A stretch of DNA of 64,000 nt from assembly GCA_963715195.1 (NCBI GenBank), contig CAVQRT010000007.1:96001-160000 (forward strand). Direction: 5' to 3'. Numbering within the stretch: the first letter of the stretch is position 1; the number at the start of each line of letters is the position of its first letter. Below, one piece after another: positions 47,159-58,544 of the stretch. The stretch comes from Thermodesulfovibrionales bacterium. Lineage in GTDB: Bacteria; Nitrospirota; Thermodesulfovibrionia; Thermodesulfovibrionales; SM23-35. Below the pieces are notes generated by a model, which saw only the letters and a list, made by a program, of their open reading frames with translations, was not told the DNA's origin and did no database searches. The position numbers and the translations under genes are program-made.

Positions 47159-47353
47159 GTTATTCCTTATTGACCTCTGCAGAAAATAAAGTTATTAATC
47201 AATCGATAGTAAATTATTGAACAAAGAAAGGTTCATATTCCAATAGTTAATATTGATAGATCTACGCTCATTCATAGATATTTTGAACTGGTGGAAAATT
47301 GTCCGTAAAAAAGATATAATTAAGTATAAGTTTGATAAACGTGGAGGAATACA

Positions 47354-47647
47354 ATGTGCCTTGGCATCCCATCAAAAATAATCAGTATTGAAGACTCAAG
47401 GGCAAAAATAGATGTATACGGAGCCCAGCGCGATATAAGCCTCATGCTTTTGGAAGACCAGGTAAATGTTGGTGATTATGTAATCGTTCACGCAGGATTT
47501 GCCATCCAGAAACTCCAGGAGGATGTGGCAAAAGAGACCCTCGGATACTTCGATCAATACTTGCAGGCATTGGCAGTGGAAGAGGGGATGATTGAGCAGC
47601 CTGTCAAGAAGACAAAGGCAAAAACAAAAGCAAAAAAGAAACAATAG
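47354..47647 (+). CDS. hypC: Hydrogenase maturation chaperone HypC/HupF
   Basis: MCLGIP N-terminus, VGDYVIVHAGFAI; Lys-rich tail. Confidence 0.93.
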   Translation: MCLGIPSKIISIEDSRAKIDVYGAQRDISLMLLEDQVNVGDYVIVHAGFAIQKLQEDVAKETLGYFDQYLQALAVEEGMIEQPVKKTKAKTKAKKKQ

Positions 47648-47795
47648 CCTTTATTTCATATCCCAGTAATCCTTTTTCCCATTTTTCATTACCGTTCATG
47701 CTGGTTTGCATCCTGCCTGCTTGTTTCAGCGCAACTCTTTATGGTAATCTCCCTACAGTGCACTGATATCAATCACTCTTAAAAGGACTCATTGC

Positions 47796-48347
47796 ATGGT
47801 AAAAAATGACCGCTGGATAAGATCAATGGCAGGAAAAGGCATGATACAGCCCTTCAACAGGAGGGGAATAAAAAAGGGTGTTATATCCTACGGGATAAGC
47901 TCATATGGCTACGACATGAGAATTGCGGATGAGTTTAAAATATTTATCCCGGTGGGTGAGCCGGTAGTTGATCCAAAGAATTTCGATGCGAAAAGCCTCG
48001 CGGATTTCAAAGGTGACAGATGTATCGTCCCGCCTCATTCTTTTGTCCTCGGCAGGTCTCTCGAATACTTCAGAATACCAAGAGATATCCTTGTCATATG
48101 CCTTGGAAAATCAACTTATGCCCGCTGTGGTATCGTCATTAACGTCACCCCGCTTGAGCCTGAATGGGAGGGACATGTCACCATAGAGATTTCGAATACA
48201 GGACCCCTTCCGGTGCGCCTTTATGCCAATGAGGGAATTGGACAGCTCATTTTTCTCCAGGCATCCGAAACGTGTGAAAGATCGTATGCTGATAAGAAAG
48301 GGAAATATCAGGCTCAGAAGAGTATTACCCTGGCAAAAGTTCAATGA
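47796..48347 (+). CDS. dcd: dCTP deaminase
   Basis: [39 protein letters not shown]. Confidence 0.96.
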   Translation: MVKNDRWIRSMAGKGMIQPFNRRGIKKGVISYGISSYGYDMRIADEFKIFIPVGEPVVDPKNFDAKSLADFKGDRCIVPPHSFVLGRSLEYFRIPRDILVICLGKSTYARCGIVINVTPLEPEWEGHVTIEISNTGPLPVRLYANEGIGQLIFLQASETCERSYADKKGKYQAQKSITLAKVQ

Positions 48348-49072
48348 GTTCTGTTTCAGCAACCGAACGATTAATACTCGCCCTCGATACCCCGGAACAT
48401 GATTATGCTCTAGAAATAGTAGATAAATACGGTAGTTTTATTAATATATTTAAAGTAGGACATGAACTGTTTACCTCTTGTGGACCAGGGATTGTCGAGG
48501 ATATTCATAAACGCGGCAAGAGGGTGTTCCTCGACCTCAAGTACCATGATATTCCTCACACGGTCACCAATGCAGCTCTCGCTGCAACACGGCTTGGTGT
48601 TTATATGTTCAATCTTCATGCATCAGGTGGCCTTGAGATGATGAAGCAATGCATGGACTCTGTTGTAAAAGTATGCCTGAAAGAAAACAGAGAGCGCCCA
48701 AAAATTCTCGCGGTTACGGTACTCACGAGTCTGTCGCGGGAGATGCTCAGGGATGAAATGGGAATTCAGCATGGCCTCAGGACACACGTCAGACATCTGT
48801 CGGCGCTGGCGATGAAAGCGGGACTGGACGGAGTTATTGCTTCCGCACGGGAAGCTGAGATCATTAGAAATCATTGCGGAAAAGGGTTCCTTATCGTAAC
48901 CCCCGGCATACGGCCGTCGTGGACCCCGCCGGATGATCAGAGCAGAACTATGACCCCAAAGGAGGCCATACGGGGAGGTGCAGATTATCTTGTCATTGGG
49001 CGCGCTGTCCTTCACCAGCCCGATCCATTGAAGGCGCTTGAATTGATTACCCTCGAAATTCTCGCTGCATGA
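48344..49072 (+). CDS. pyrF: Orotidine-5'-phosphate decarboxylase
   Basis: [40 protein letters not shown]. Confidence 0.97.
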   Translation: MSSVSATERLILALDTPEHDYALEIVDKYGSFINIFKVGHELFTSCGPGIVEDIHKRGKRVFLDLKYHDIPHTVTNAALAATRLGVYMFNLHASGGLEMMKQCMDSVVKVCLKENRERPKILAVTVLTSLSREMLRDEMGIQHGLRTHVRHLSALAMKAGLDGVIASAREAEIIRNHCGKGFLIVTPGIRPSWTPPDDQSRTMTPKEAIRGGADYLVIGRAVLHQPDPLKALELITLEILAA

Positions 49073-49093
49073 CCCCAGAAATAATGCTCAATC

Positions 49094-50614
49094 ATGGTAA
49101 CTCCCTCAAAGAGAATCTTTTTAGATATTATCCATGCCGGCGGCATACCACCCGTTTACGCTGAGATCCCCTTTCGATCTCCCCACGAAGCCTATCAATC
49201 CATTGCTTCCCGCGACAGCTTTCTCCTTGAGAGTGTAAAGGGTCCTGAAAAAATCGCGCGGTATTCCTTTATCGGGTTCGATCCCTGCCTCATATTCAAA
49301 ATCAAGAACGGTAATGCAGCGGTGGAAGGTTCATACAAGAAAACTATCCTTTCGAGGAAACCACTCTCCATTCTGAAAGCTCTGATGAGCCGGTATACAC
49401 AGGCACCGTATGATTTTCTTCCGCCATTCCAGGGCGGCATTGCCGGTATGATGAGTTATGATTTCGTACACTATTTTGAAAATCTTCCCATCAACACCAT
49501 AGATGATCTGCAGCTTCCCGATGCCCATTTTTTCATGATTGACAGACTCATTGCATTTGATCATGAAGAAAAACGAAGCTGGGTTATCGTTTGTCCAGGA
49601 TTACGGTTCTTGATGTCCCATGAAAACTCACAAGTCGTGCCCGACTGGTCAGTGGTCTATGACGAGGCAGATAATGCAGCAGGGGAGATCATGAAAAGAA
49701 TGATGTGCACGATACTGCAGGCGGGGAATGGTGTTCCCGCAGCGTCACAGTCTGGCATACGTTCAGACAAAAAAATAGAAGTTCACCATGAGATGACGAA
49801 ACAAGATTATACGGATATGGTGAAGAGGGCAAAAGCCTACATAACCGCCGGAGATATTTTTCAGGCAAATCTTTCACAGAGGGTCTCCGCAGGTATCATG
49901 CAGAAGAGTCCATGGAATCTTTACCGGATACTGAGATCCGTCAACCCGTCGCCATTCTCTGCATTCATCGATTTCGGCGATTACCAAATTGTGAGTTCAT
50001 CGCCGGAGAGGCTGTTGCGAATCAGGGGAAGCACTATCGAAACGCGACCTATTGCCGGTACAAGACCACGGGGAAAGAACAGGAAAGAGGACGCACTGAT
50101 GCGGAAAGAACTGCTCCTGAATGAGAAGGAGAGGGCCGAGCACATCATGCTGATAGATCTCGAACGGAATGACCTCGGGAGGGTTTCATCGTATGGAACT
50201 GTAGGGGTCGACGAATTCATGATTACCGAGGAGTATTCGCACGTTATCCATATTGTCTCGAACATAACCGGCAATCTTGCACACGGGAAATACTGTTTCG
50301 ACGCGATACGGGCGACATTCCCCGGGGGGACAATCACCGGCGTTCCGAAAGTGAGATGCATGGAGATTATCGATGAACTCGAACCGCTGAGGCGGGGACC
50401 TTACACAGGATCGATAGGATACCTTGGCTTCTCCGGCGCTCTTGATTTCAACATCATTATCCGCACATTCATCATAAAAAATGATTCTGCATATGTCCAG
50501 GCAGGCGCGGGAATTGTTGCTGATTCAGATCCTGACAGAGAATACGATGAAACGCTGAGAAAGGCGGAGGCGCTTGTGAAGACCCTGGAGCTGGTGCAGA
50601 TTACAGAAATCTGA
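49094..50614 (+). CDS. trpE: Anthranilate synthase component I / aminodeoxychorismate synthase family
   Basis: FLLES, GDIFQANLS, NPSP, SSPERL, RPIAGTRPRG, KERAEH.M, FPGGTITG.PK, AGAGIVADS. TrpE versus PabB not resolved. Confidence 0.85.
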   Translation: MVTPSKRIFLDIIHAGGIPPVYAEIPFRSPHEAYQSIASRDSFLLESVKGPEKIARYSFIGFDPCLIFKIKNGNAAVEGSYKKTILSRKPLSILKALMSRYTQAPYDFLPPFQGGIAGMMSYDFVHYFENLPINTIDDLQLPDAHFFMIDRLIAFDHEEKRSWVIVCPGLRFLMSHENSQVVPDWSVVYDEADNAAGEIMKRMMCTILQAGNGVPAASQSGIRSDKKIEVHHEMTKQDYTDMVKRAKAYITAGDIFQANLSQRVSAGIMQKSPWNLYRILRSVNPSPFSAFIDFGDYQIVSSSPERLLRIRGSTIETRPIAGTRPRGKNRKEDALMRKELLLNEKERAEHIMLIDLERNDLGRVSSYGTVGVDEFMITEEYSHVIHIVSNITGNLAHGKYCFDAIRATFPGGTITGVPKVRCMEIIDELEPLRRGPYTGSIGYLGFSGALDFNIIIRTFIIKNDSAYVQAGAGIVADSDPDREYDETLRKAEALVKTLELVQITEI

Positions 50615-51641
50615 ACCAGCGCTTTTTCGTTTTTATGTTATTGAGAGAGATCGATACATCTTTGATTCTCGCCTGCATTTCCTTCTGATCCTTTTTGAGG
50701 TCCCTTACTTCAGACTGGACGCTGTGGATCATATTTTTCAGTTCCTTGAATGTCTGGGATAAATCATGGATGCTGCTGATGATCAGTTCGAGCTTCTCTT
50801 TCGGGATGACTTGTACTTCCCGTACATCTCGTGCAGAAACTTCCCGTGTGCGCAGTGATTCTTCGTTGACCGATGTTTGAGGGGCATTGCCAGCGCCCTC
50901 GGTTATACCGTAAGGAGATTTTTGACTGCCCAATGCGGTAGATTCAAAACCCGTTGGCTCAAATCCATGAACAGCTGCAACAGGTTTCGCGGATAAGGGC
51001 TTTTCATCAACAACCGCTTCCACGAGTTCTTCCGGAGGCTGAATGGTTATGTTGTGTTTTTCCGCAATACCTTTCATTACGAGATGGGTTATCCGCTGAA
51101 ATGTTTCTTCCACCCCGGTCCCGTTCACAGCAACTGCTTCCCTGAACTCGTACCGCCCCTGTTCATTCAAATCCCTGTTCAGCTCATCAACCGTGGCGAT
51201 ATTCGGGAGATCACGTTTGTTGAACTGGAGCATAATCGGAATTTCATCAGGGTTGATATTGTTTGCACTGAGGTTCTCACGCATATTCGCAATGCTTTCC
51301 AGATTCTGCTCTTTCATTTCATGCTGAGAATCCGCCACGAAAACCACTCCGTCGGCACCCTTCAGAACCAGTTTTCTTGTGGCATTGTATCTGACCTGCC
51401 CCGGAACGGTATACAACTGAAACCGTATAGAAAAATCATTGATCTTTCCGAATTCAACAGGCAGGAAATCAAAGAAGAGCGTACGGTCGGCTTCTGTTGC
51501 AAGGGAGATGAGTTTTCCACGTTTCGACGGATCAAAAAACGAGTGTAGGTGCTGGAGGTTAGTTGTTTTACCGCTCAATCCGGGCCCGTAATAGACGATC
51601 TTGATCGTAATTTCCTTCGATGCATAATTAAAAAGTGCCAT
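50601..51641 (-). CDS. MglA-family small GTPase with C-terminal extension
   Basis: KIVYYGPGLSGKTTNL, RTLFFDFLP, YTVPGQ..YNATRKLVL.GADG, NKRDLP; about 150-aa linker plus coiled-coil tail. Confidence 0.9.
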   Translation of the reverse strand: MALFNYASKEITIKIVYYGPGLSGKTTNLQHLHSFFDPSKRGKLISLATEADRTLFFDFLPVEFGKINDFSIRFQLYTVPGQVRYNATRKLVLKGADGVVFVADSQHEMKEQNLESIANMRENLSANNINPDEIPIMLQFNKRDLPNIATVDELNRDLNEQGRYEFREAVAVNGTGVEETFQRITHLVMKGIAEKHNITIQPPEELVEAVVDEKPLSAKPVAAVHGFEPTGFESTALGSQKSPYGITEGAGNAPQTSVNEESLRTREVSARDVREVQVIPKEKLELIISSIHDLSQTFKELKNMIHSVQSEVRDLKKDQKEMQARIKDVSISLNNIKTKKRWFRFL

Positions 51642-51644
51642 GGG

Positions 51645-53039
51645 TTATACTATAGCATAAACTGCATTTCTTGTCTGATGCTTTACCTTGTACATTGCTT
51701 CATCGGCAATCTTGATCAGCTCCTCTTTTGAACGTGCACTTTCCGGATACGAAGCGACGCCAAAACTTGCAGTCAGTTTGAGGGTATATCCTTCCTTCTT
51801 GAGAAAGGTATTCTGCTCGATAGACTTCCGCATCCTTTCGGCGATAAGTGCAGCGGTATTTGGAGTCGTCTGCGGAAGTACAATTACAAATTCATCTCCA
51901 CCGTACCGTGCAACGATATCGATCGACCTGAGGCTTTTCAGGAGAAGCTGGCCCATCTCAACCAGAACCTTGCTCCCGATCAGATGTCCGTACTGATCGT
52001 TGATGCGTTTGAAATAATCAATATCCATGAATATGAGGGATACCGAGGTCTTGTACCGTGTCGAACGCTGGATCTCAATCTCAATTGTCCTGTTCAGATA
52101 CCTGCTGTTGAAGAGCTTGGTGAGATCGTCTGTAAGAGCAAGTTCCGTCATTTTCTGATAGAGTGCTGTCCTCTCAATGGCAACGGCGATGAGGTCAACG
52201 AGGCGCAGGAGCAGGTCGAGGTCTTCCCTGATGAATGGATCCCCGGTTATCTTATTCACAAACTCAAGCACGCCTATCACTTCGCTCTTTATGATCATCG
52301 GAACACAGATGAGCGATTTTGTTTTAAAAAGGACGGCTTTATCGATCTTTCCCATGAACCGTTCGTCTTTTGATACATCGGGTACTACCACCGGAATACC
52401 TTCACGGGCTACCCATCCGGCAATACCTTCACCCAGTTTGAGCCTGATCTTCTGGATTTCTCGTGATTTCCGTGCATTCGTTTTTTCGAAGACCAGTTCT
52501 CCGGTCTCCTGATCAACGAGGAGCACAGACCAAGCTTCAGCCTGAATCATTGCTTTGACCTTTTCCATGATTCTGCCGAGAATTTCTCGCAGTTCCTGAG
52601 AGGATGCAAGATCACCGCTCACCTCTTTAAAGAAGGAGAGCTCCCGTTGCATTGACGAGACATCCTTCTTTAGTCTGGTGCTTTCGGTGAATAGGTTGTG
52701 CTCTCTCAGTAGCCTTTTTACGAAATAGAGAAGTTCGTTGACGCCCGGACTATAGAGGGGATAAACAAGGGGTTCCTTCAGCCATGGACCGAAACCCCTG
52801 AACGATTTGGAATCTGAGATGACAATTTTGGGGACGGATTTTGATGACTGGAGGAATGTTCTGAATGCCGGTTCACTACTCAGTTTCTTATCGGCAATCA
52901 GCATGTCGGTTTTCCCAATCAGGTTCTGTATGCCCTTGTTGAGGGAATCAACAGTGCTGACCGTATACCCTAATGATGACAGACCATCCTCATAGTCATT
53001 TCTGATCGCGCTTCTTCCTATCAGCAGAACCTTATGCAT
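51645..53039 (-). CDS. GAF-GGDEF diguanylate cyclase with degenerate receiver-like N-terminus
   Basis: [15 protein letters not shown]...DL.LL GAF motifs; DDLTKLFN; I-site RSID; RYGGDEF. ATG 53039 overlaps the secA stop. Confidence 0.9.
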   Translation of the reverse strand: MHKVLLIGRSAIRNDYEDGLSSLGYTVSTVDSLNKGIQNLIGKTDMLIADKKLSSEPAFRTFLQSSKSVPKIVISDSKSFRGFGPWLKEPLVYPLYSPGVNELLYFVKRLLREHNLFTESTRLKKDVSSMQRELSFFKEVSGDLASSQELREILGRIMEKVKAMIQAEAWSVLLVDQETGELVFEKTNARKSREIQKIRLKLGEGIAGWVAREGIPVVVPDVSKDERFMGKIDKAVLFKTKSLICVPMIIKSEVIGVLEFVNKITGDPFIREDLDLLLRLVDLIAVAIERTALYQKMTELALTDDLTKLFNSRYLNRTIEIEIQRSTRYKTSVSLIFMDIDYFKRINDQYGHLIGSKVLVEMGQLLLKSLRSIDIVARYGGDEFVIVLPQTTPNTAALIAERMRKSIEQNTFLKKEGYTLKLTASFGVASYPESARSKEELIKIADEAMYKVKHQTRNAVYAIV

Positions 53040-55701
53040 TTTTTCCACAGCATTTTTTGAATTTCCGCCCGCTCCCGCAGGGGCACAGGTCATTCCTTCC
53101 CACTTTTTTTGCACGCCGGACCGTCTGGGTTGACGAACCCTCACCACGATTGTAGGTGACAGGCCTCTGACGCAACGGCTCATTCCTCACCGATTCTTTC
53201 GCCTGGACCTGCATTTTGAAGAGTCTTGTGATGATCTCCGTTGATATCCGCGATGTCATTTCAGCAAAGACATCAAATGCCTCTTTCTTATACTCGACCA
53301 GCGGGTCTTTTTGTCCATACCCCCTGAGGCCAATCCCTTCTTTGAGATGATCCATGCCGAGCAAATGGTCTTTCCACTGCGAATCGATTACCTGCAGCAT
53401 AATTACTTTTTCAAGATACCGCATGAGATCATGACCGACTTCGGCTTCTTTCTGTTCATATGCATGTCTGACTGCGGAAAGCAAGAACGCCCTCAACGAT
53501 TCACGGGCATCCGGCGCAATATCCGGCGAAACAGCAAATATTCCGAAGACTGCATCCTTTATCCCTTTGATATCCCCCTCTTCAGGATGTTTTTCCTCGG
53601 GGCAATATATCAGGAGCAGTTCATCGATCACATCTTCGATCATGCCGAATAAACGTTCCCGTAGATTTGTTCCCTGAAGAATTTCTTTTCTGAAAGAATA
53701 GACTTCCGAACGCTGCTTATTCATGACATCGTCATATTCGATGAGGTGTTTCCTGATATCAAAATTATGCGCTTCGACGCGCTTCTGCGCATTCTCAATA
53801 GCCTTTGTCACCATTTTATTTTCGATCGGCATGTCTTCTTCCATACCGAATTTTTCCATGAGTCCTGAAATCCTATCTGAACCGAAGATCCGCATGAGAT
53901 CATCCTGGAGGGACAGGTAGAAGCGTGACGATCCGGGGTCACCCTGTCTCCCCGAACGGCCTCTGAGTTGATTATCGATTCGTCGTGCTTCATGTCTCTC
54001 CGTACCGAGTATATGGAACCCGCCGGCTGAGAGAACATTCTCCCGGTCTATTGCACAGATCTCTCCAGCCTTTAAAAGGGCCTGTGCCCAGTCGTCATCG
54101 GTATAGTCTTTTTTGTCACGGAGCAGTTCCCGTGCCAGACCATCAGGATTTCCGCCGAGAATGATATCAGTTCCCCGGCCGGCCATGTTCGTCGCGATGG
54201 TAACAGCTCCCTTCCTTCCTGCCTGTGCAATGATCTCGGCTTCTTTTTCATGATATTTAGCATTCAGAACAGAATGGGGTATCCCTTTTTTCTTCAAAAG
54301 GAGACTGAGCGTTTCTGATTTTTCTATCGAAATGGTTCCGACGAGAACCGGCTGCCCCTTTGCATGAAGTTCTTCGATTTCCTTGAGAACTGCATTGAAC
54401 TTGCCTTTTTCCGTTTTGTAGATCATATCAGGATAATCGCTTCTGATCATTACCTTGTTCGTCGGAACGACAACAACTTCGAGATTGTAAATCTTGGCGA
54501 ATTCCTCGGCCTCTGTATCGGCAGTTCCAGTCATTCCAGCGAGTTTGTCATACATCCTGAAATAATTTTGGAAGGTAATTGTTGCGAGTGTCTGGTTTTC
54601 ACTCTCGATCTTGACGCCTTCCTTCGCCTCGACTGCCTGATGGAGACCGTCCGACCATCGCCTTCCCGGCATAAGCCTCCCGGTAAATTCATCAACGATA
54701 ATGACCTCCCCGTCTTTCACAACATAATCAACATCCCGTTTAAACAGCGCATGGGCTTTCAATGCCTGGAGGACATGATGAACGAGATCGATGTTTGACG
54801 GATCATACAGGTTTCCGGTTCCGAGAAGCCTTTCGACCTTGCTGTTGCCTTCTTCTGTCAGAATCGCAGTTTTCGCCTTCTCGTCGATTGTATAGTCTTC
54901 GTTCAGGGTAAGTTTGGGGATAATCTTGTCTATGCGGTAATACTTATCAGTCGATTCCTCGGACGGCCCTGATATAATGAGCGGTGTTCTTGCTTCATCG
55001 ATCAGGATGCTGTCTACCTCGTCAACGATCGCGTAATGCAGTTCCTTCTGGCTGTAATCAGCGATATCATACTTCATGTTATCCCTGAGATAATCGAATC
55101 CGAACTCGTTATTGGTCCCATAGGTAATATCAGCGGCATAGGCTTCCTGCCTCGAGCAGGGCCTCAGGAAGTCAAGCCGCTTGTCTGTCGAAAAATACGA
55201 TGGATCATAGAGGAATGAAATATCGTGCTGAATAACGCCAACCGATAAACCGAGAAAGTTGTAAACGGGGCCCATCCACTGGGTGTCCCTTTTGGCAAGA
55301 TAATCATTCACCGTGACAACGTGCACCCCTTTTCCTTCGAGCGCATTCAGGAAGACGGGTAGGGTGGCAACAAGGGTCTTTCCTTCACCCGTCTTCATTT
55401 CAGCAATCCTGCCTTCGTGGAGAACAATACCGCCGAGGATCTGAACATCAAAATGCCTCATGTTCAGCTTTCGTTTCGAAACCTCACGCACTATTGCAAA
55501 AGCCTCGGGAAGCAGTTCATCAAGCATCTCACCGGCTTCGAGCCTCTTTTTGAACTCTGATGGTTTTTCTTGTAACTGACTCTCTGAAAGATCCGCCACA
55601 GTAGGTTCAAGTGCATGAACCTTTTCTACCAGAGGCCATAACCGCTTGAGTTCACGTTCATTTTTCGTACCGAACACTTTGCTGAGGATTGTTCCAATCA
55701 T
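53032..55701 (-). CDS. secA: Preprotein translocase ATPase SecA
   Basis: [57 protein letters not shown]. Confidence 0.99.
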   Translation of the reverse strand: MIGTILSKVFGTKNERELKRLWPLVEKVHALEPTVADLSESQLQEKPSEFKKRLEAGEMLDELLPEAFAIVREVSKRKLNMRHFDVQILGGIVLHEGRIAEMKTGEGKTLVATLPVFLNALEGKGVHVVTVNDYLAKRDTQWMGPVYNFLGLSVGVIQHDISFLYDPSYFSTDKRLDFLRPCSRQEAYAADITYGTNNEFGFDYLRDNMKYDIADYSQKELHYAIVDEVDSILIDEARTPLIISGPSEESTDKYYRIDKIIPKLTLNEDYTIDEKAKTAILTEEGNSKVERLLGTGNLYDPSNIDLVHHVLQALKAHALFKRDVDYVVKDGEVIIVDEFTGRLMPGRRWSDGLHQAVEAKEGVKIESENQTLATITFQNYFRMYDKLAGMTGTADTEAEEFAKIYNLEVVVVPTNKVMIRSDYPDMIYKTEKGKFNAVLKEIEELHAKGQPVLVGTISIEKSETLSLLLKKKGIPHSVLNAKYHEKEAEIIAQAGRKGAVTIATNMAGRGTDIILGGNPDGLARELLRDKKDYTDDDWAQALLKAGEICAIDRENVLSAGGFHILGTERHEARRIDNQLRGRSGRQGDPGSSRFYLSLQDDLMRIFGSDRISGLMEKFGMEEDMPIENKMVTKAIENAQKRVEAHNFDIRKHLIEYDDVMNKQRSEVYSFRKEILQGTNLRERLFGMIEDVIDELLLIYCPEEKHPEEGDIKGIKDAVFGIFAVSPDIAPDARESLRAFLLSAVRHAYEQKEAEVGHDLMRYLEKVIMLQVIDSQWKDHLLGMDHLKEGIGLRGYGQKDPLVEYKKEAFDVFAEMTSRISTEIITRLFKMQVQAKESVRNEPLRQRPVTYNRGEGSSTQTVRRAKKVGRNDLCPCGSGRKFKKCCGKNA

Positions 55702-55840
55702 AGGTTATATAATAGATTACAGGTGCTAATATTGCAAGAAAGTGACGGGAATCACAGGGGGTCTTCGGCACACGCTTCAACCGCCGTGTGTCTTCCCGGA
55801 ACCCTTGTCAGATTCAGCAGATACATGATACATTTCTGAT

Positions 55841-57133
55841 ATGTCAAAGACCGTGTATATACGTACTTTCGGATGTCAGATGAACGTTCATGATACCGAG
55901 AAGATGTTCGGGGTTTTGCTTCAGAGCGGGTACCACCGGACTGAAAGCGCGCAAACCGCTGATCTGATAATACTCAATACCTGCAGCATCAGGCAGAAGG
56001 CTGAACAGAAATTCTACAGCGAGCTCGGGAGACTGAAATCGCATAAAGAGAAGAGGGCTGATCTCAAGATCGCGGTTGCGGGCTGTATTGCGCAACAGGA
56101 AGGGGTAACCCTCTTCAAAAAAGCACCCTTTGTAGATTTTGTTTTCGGACCGCAGAATATTCATATGCTGCCGCATATCGCAGAAAAGTCTCCGCCATAC
56201 TCTGCCCTTGAGGAAAACCCATCACTGGAACTATGCGACCTTCCTTCTGCACGAAATGACGAGATACAGGCATGGGTAACCATCATGTATGGCTGCAGCA
56301 ATTTCTGCAGTTACTGCGTTGTTCCCTATGCAAGAGGGCGGGAACGGTCACGGCCGAGCGAAAATATTTATGCTGAAATTTCCGAACTTGCCGACAGAGG
56401 CTGCAAGGAGATAACACTCCTTGGGCAGAACGTTAATTCCTATGCAAGCGACGTTGATTTCCCCGGCCTCCTGAAAAAACTGGATGCAATCAGGGGGATC
56501 AGGAGAATACGATTTGTTACATCCCATCCAAAAGACCTCTCCGATCCACTTATCCGAACGGTTGCCGGCCTTCCCGGTGTCTGCGAGCACATTCATCTGC
56601 CACTGCAGTCAGCCTCCGATTCCGTATTAATGCGTATGAACAGAGGGTATGCATTCAAGGAATACCTGCAGAAGATAGATGCACTGAGAAAGATGATTCC
56701 GGATATTGCAATAACATCAGATATTATCGCGGGGTTTCCGGGAGAATCCGATGATGATCATGTGCAGACAATGCAGGCTCTTGAAGAGATTTCTTTTGAC
56801 GGTATCTTTGCTTTTGCATTTTCGGCAAGGCCGCATACAAGGGCTGCGACGTATGAAGGCCAGATTCCTGAAGACATCAAATTGAGAAGGCTTCAGGAGA
56901 TTCTCCGGCTTCAGGACCGGCTTACGCTCGCAAAGAACAAAGGGCTTGAAGGTACCACACAGGAAATACTCATCGAAGGTTCAAGCGAAACAGACAAGCA
57001 CAAAATGATGGGAAAAACCCGGACAAACAAAATCGTTACGTTGGAAAACAGAGACATACCGAAAGGAAGCTTCATCTGTGCAAAGATCGTAAAAGCCCGT
57101 AAACACTCGCTTGAAGGTGTCCCCGTCATCTGA
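55841..57133 (+). CDS. miaB: tRNA-2-methylthio-N6-dimethylallyladenosine synthase
   Basis: TFGCQMNVHD, NTCSIR.KAEQK, GCSNFCSYCVVP, LLGQNVNSY, TRAM domain. Confidence 0.95.
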   Translation: MSKTVYIRTFGCQMNVHDTEKMFGVLLQSGYHRTESAQTADLIILNTCSIRQKAEQKFYSELGRLKSHKEKRADLKIAVAGCIAQQEGVTLFKKAPFVDFVFGPQNIHMLPHIAEKSPPYSALEENPSLELCDLPSARNDEIQAWVTIMYGCSNFCSYCVVPYARGRERSRPSENIYAEISELADRGCKEITLLGQNVNSYASDVDFPGLLKKLDAIRGIRRIRFVTSHPKDLSDPLIRTVAGLPGVCEHIHLPLQSASDSVLMRMNRGYAFKEYLQKIDALRKMIPDIAITSDIIAGFPGESDDDHVQTMQALEEISFDGIFAFAFSARPHTRAATYEGQIPEDIKLRRLQEILRLQDRLTLAKNKGLEGTTQEILIEGSSETDKHKMMGKTRTNKIVTLENRDIPKGSFICAKIVKARKHSLEGVPVI

Positions 57134-58371
57134 TGAAATTTTCTATCCTTACCCTCGGCTGCAGGGTAAATCAGTCCGAAAGCGACGTAATCGAAGGCAA
57201 TCTTGTCGGACGCGGCCATTCCGTCGTGCCCTTGTGCGAGAAGCCGGACTATTGCATTGTGAATACCTGTTCAGTAACGGCAAAAAGTGACCACCAGTCC
57301 AGACAGTTGGCACGAAGAGCCTTACGGCAAAATGCAAGAGTTATTGTCACGGGGTGTTATGCTCAACTGAGACCTGAGGACTTCAAAAGAATAAGCAGCG
57401 ATATGCTTATCGTTACAAATAATAATAAATACAATATTATCAATATATTAGATAACAACATAAAATATATTAGTTTAAGTTATTCGAATAGATCACGACC
57501 ATCTATCAAGGTTCAAGATGGGTGCAATCATACATGCTCCTTCTGCATAGTTCCTTATGCAAGAGGAAAGTCCCGAAGCGTCGAAAGTCACACAATCGTT
57601 GATCAGATTATTAGCCTCGAATCAAAAGGATTTAACGAAATTGTCCTTACAGGTATCCATCTCGGCTCATACGGTAACGATTTAAAACCTCAATTAAAAC
57701 TTTCAGATATCATTGAAATCATAATAAATAAAACACAAATTAAACGAATTAGATTAAGTTCACTCGGAATGAATGCAATTGATAGCTCCCTGATAGACCT
57801 GCTGCAAGAAAACCGGGTATGCAAACACCTCCACATTCCTCTTCAGAGTGGCGATGATTCAGTGCTGAGACGTATGAGAAGGCCTTACGATTCTGCATCT
57901 TATTTTCAAATAATATCCCGTATAATTGCGAAAATCCCTAATATCTCAATAGGTACTGATGTCATAGTTGGTTTCCCGGGAGAAACCGATTCGGCCTTCA
58001 TGAATACAAAGAATTTCATAGAGGACGTTCCTTTTGCGTATCTCCACATCTTTCCCTATTCAGTACGATCCGGTACTGCTGCTTCAAAGATGGCCGGTCA
58101 GATTGAGTTTTCTATAAAAAAGAGGCGGTACGAAATTCTGAGACAATTAAACAGTAGAAAGAAAGAATTATATATCTCATCACAAATCAACAAAATCCTC
58201 GACATCGTCATTGAAGACGAGGATTCTGATCAGGGTATGGTCGGAACATCCAGTAATTATCTGAAAATACGAGTATGTTCAAAAAGATATCCGAAGAAAT
58301 CCCTCATCGCTGTAAGGGTTGCTGAGAGGACAGGGGATACCCTGAGAGGAGTACCCGTAGAAAAGCTTTAA
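57133..58371 (+). CDS. mtaB: tRNA threonylcarbamoyladenosine methylthiotransferase
   Basis: TLGCRVNQ.ES, NTCSVT, KVQDGC...CSFCIVP, LTGIHLGSYG, HIFPYS.R.GT.A. Confidence 0.93.
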   Translation: MKFSILTLGCRVNQSESDVIEGNLVGRGHSVVPLCEKPDYCIVNTCSVTAKSDHQSRQLARRALRQNARVIVTGCYAQLRPEDFKRISSDMLIVTNNNKYNIINILDNNIKYISLSYSNRSRPSIKVQDGCNHTCSFCIVPYARGKSRSVESHTIVDQIISLESKGFNEIVLTGIHLGSYGNDLKPQLKLSDIIEIIINKTQIKRIRLSSLGMNAIDSSLIDLLQENRVCKHLHIPLQSGDDSVLRRMRRPYDSASYFQIISRIIAKIPNISIGTDVIVGFPGETDSAFMNTKNFIEDVPFAYLHIFPYSVRSGTAASKMAGQIEFSIKKRRYEILRQLNSRKKELYISSQINKILDIVIEDEDSDQGMVGTSSNYLKIRVCSKRYPKKSLIAVRVAERTGDTLRGVPVEKL

Positions 58372-58503
58372 CTCATTGATATTCAATATTTATTATACTG
58401 CATAAATCCTAATCAAACTGGCTTGAATCCCGCGCTGAAAAGGGGCAATAAGATTTCTCTGTCGATTTAATAACAGGTTGCTAACATATCGTGTAGATAT
58501 ATT

Positions 58504-58531
58504 GCGTCCGATAAGATATATTATGTAAAAT
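58504..58531 (+). other. dif: XerC/XerD recombination site (dif)
   Basis: GCGTCCGATAA-GATATA-TTATGTAAAAT: 11+6+11 layout, XerD arm one base from E. coli TTATGTTAAAT, intergenic between convergent genes. Confidence 0.85.
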
Positions 58532-58544
58532 TCCATGTTTAATT

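Noticed and set aside
55756..55806. GC-rich stem between divergent secA and miaB as a riboswitch
   Set aside because: No known aptamer motif, and it lies upstream of both predicted promoters.
55841..58371. Radical SAM genes (miaB, mtaB, also rlmN) as maturases for the Sec peptide
   Set aside because: All carry clear housekeeping RNA-modification signatures and lack SPASM/RRE features.
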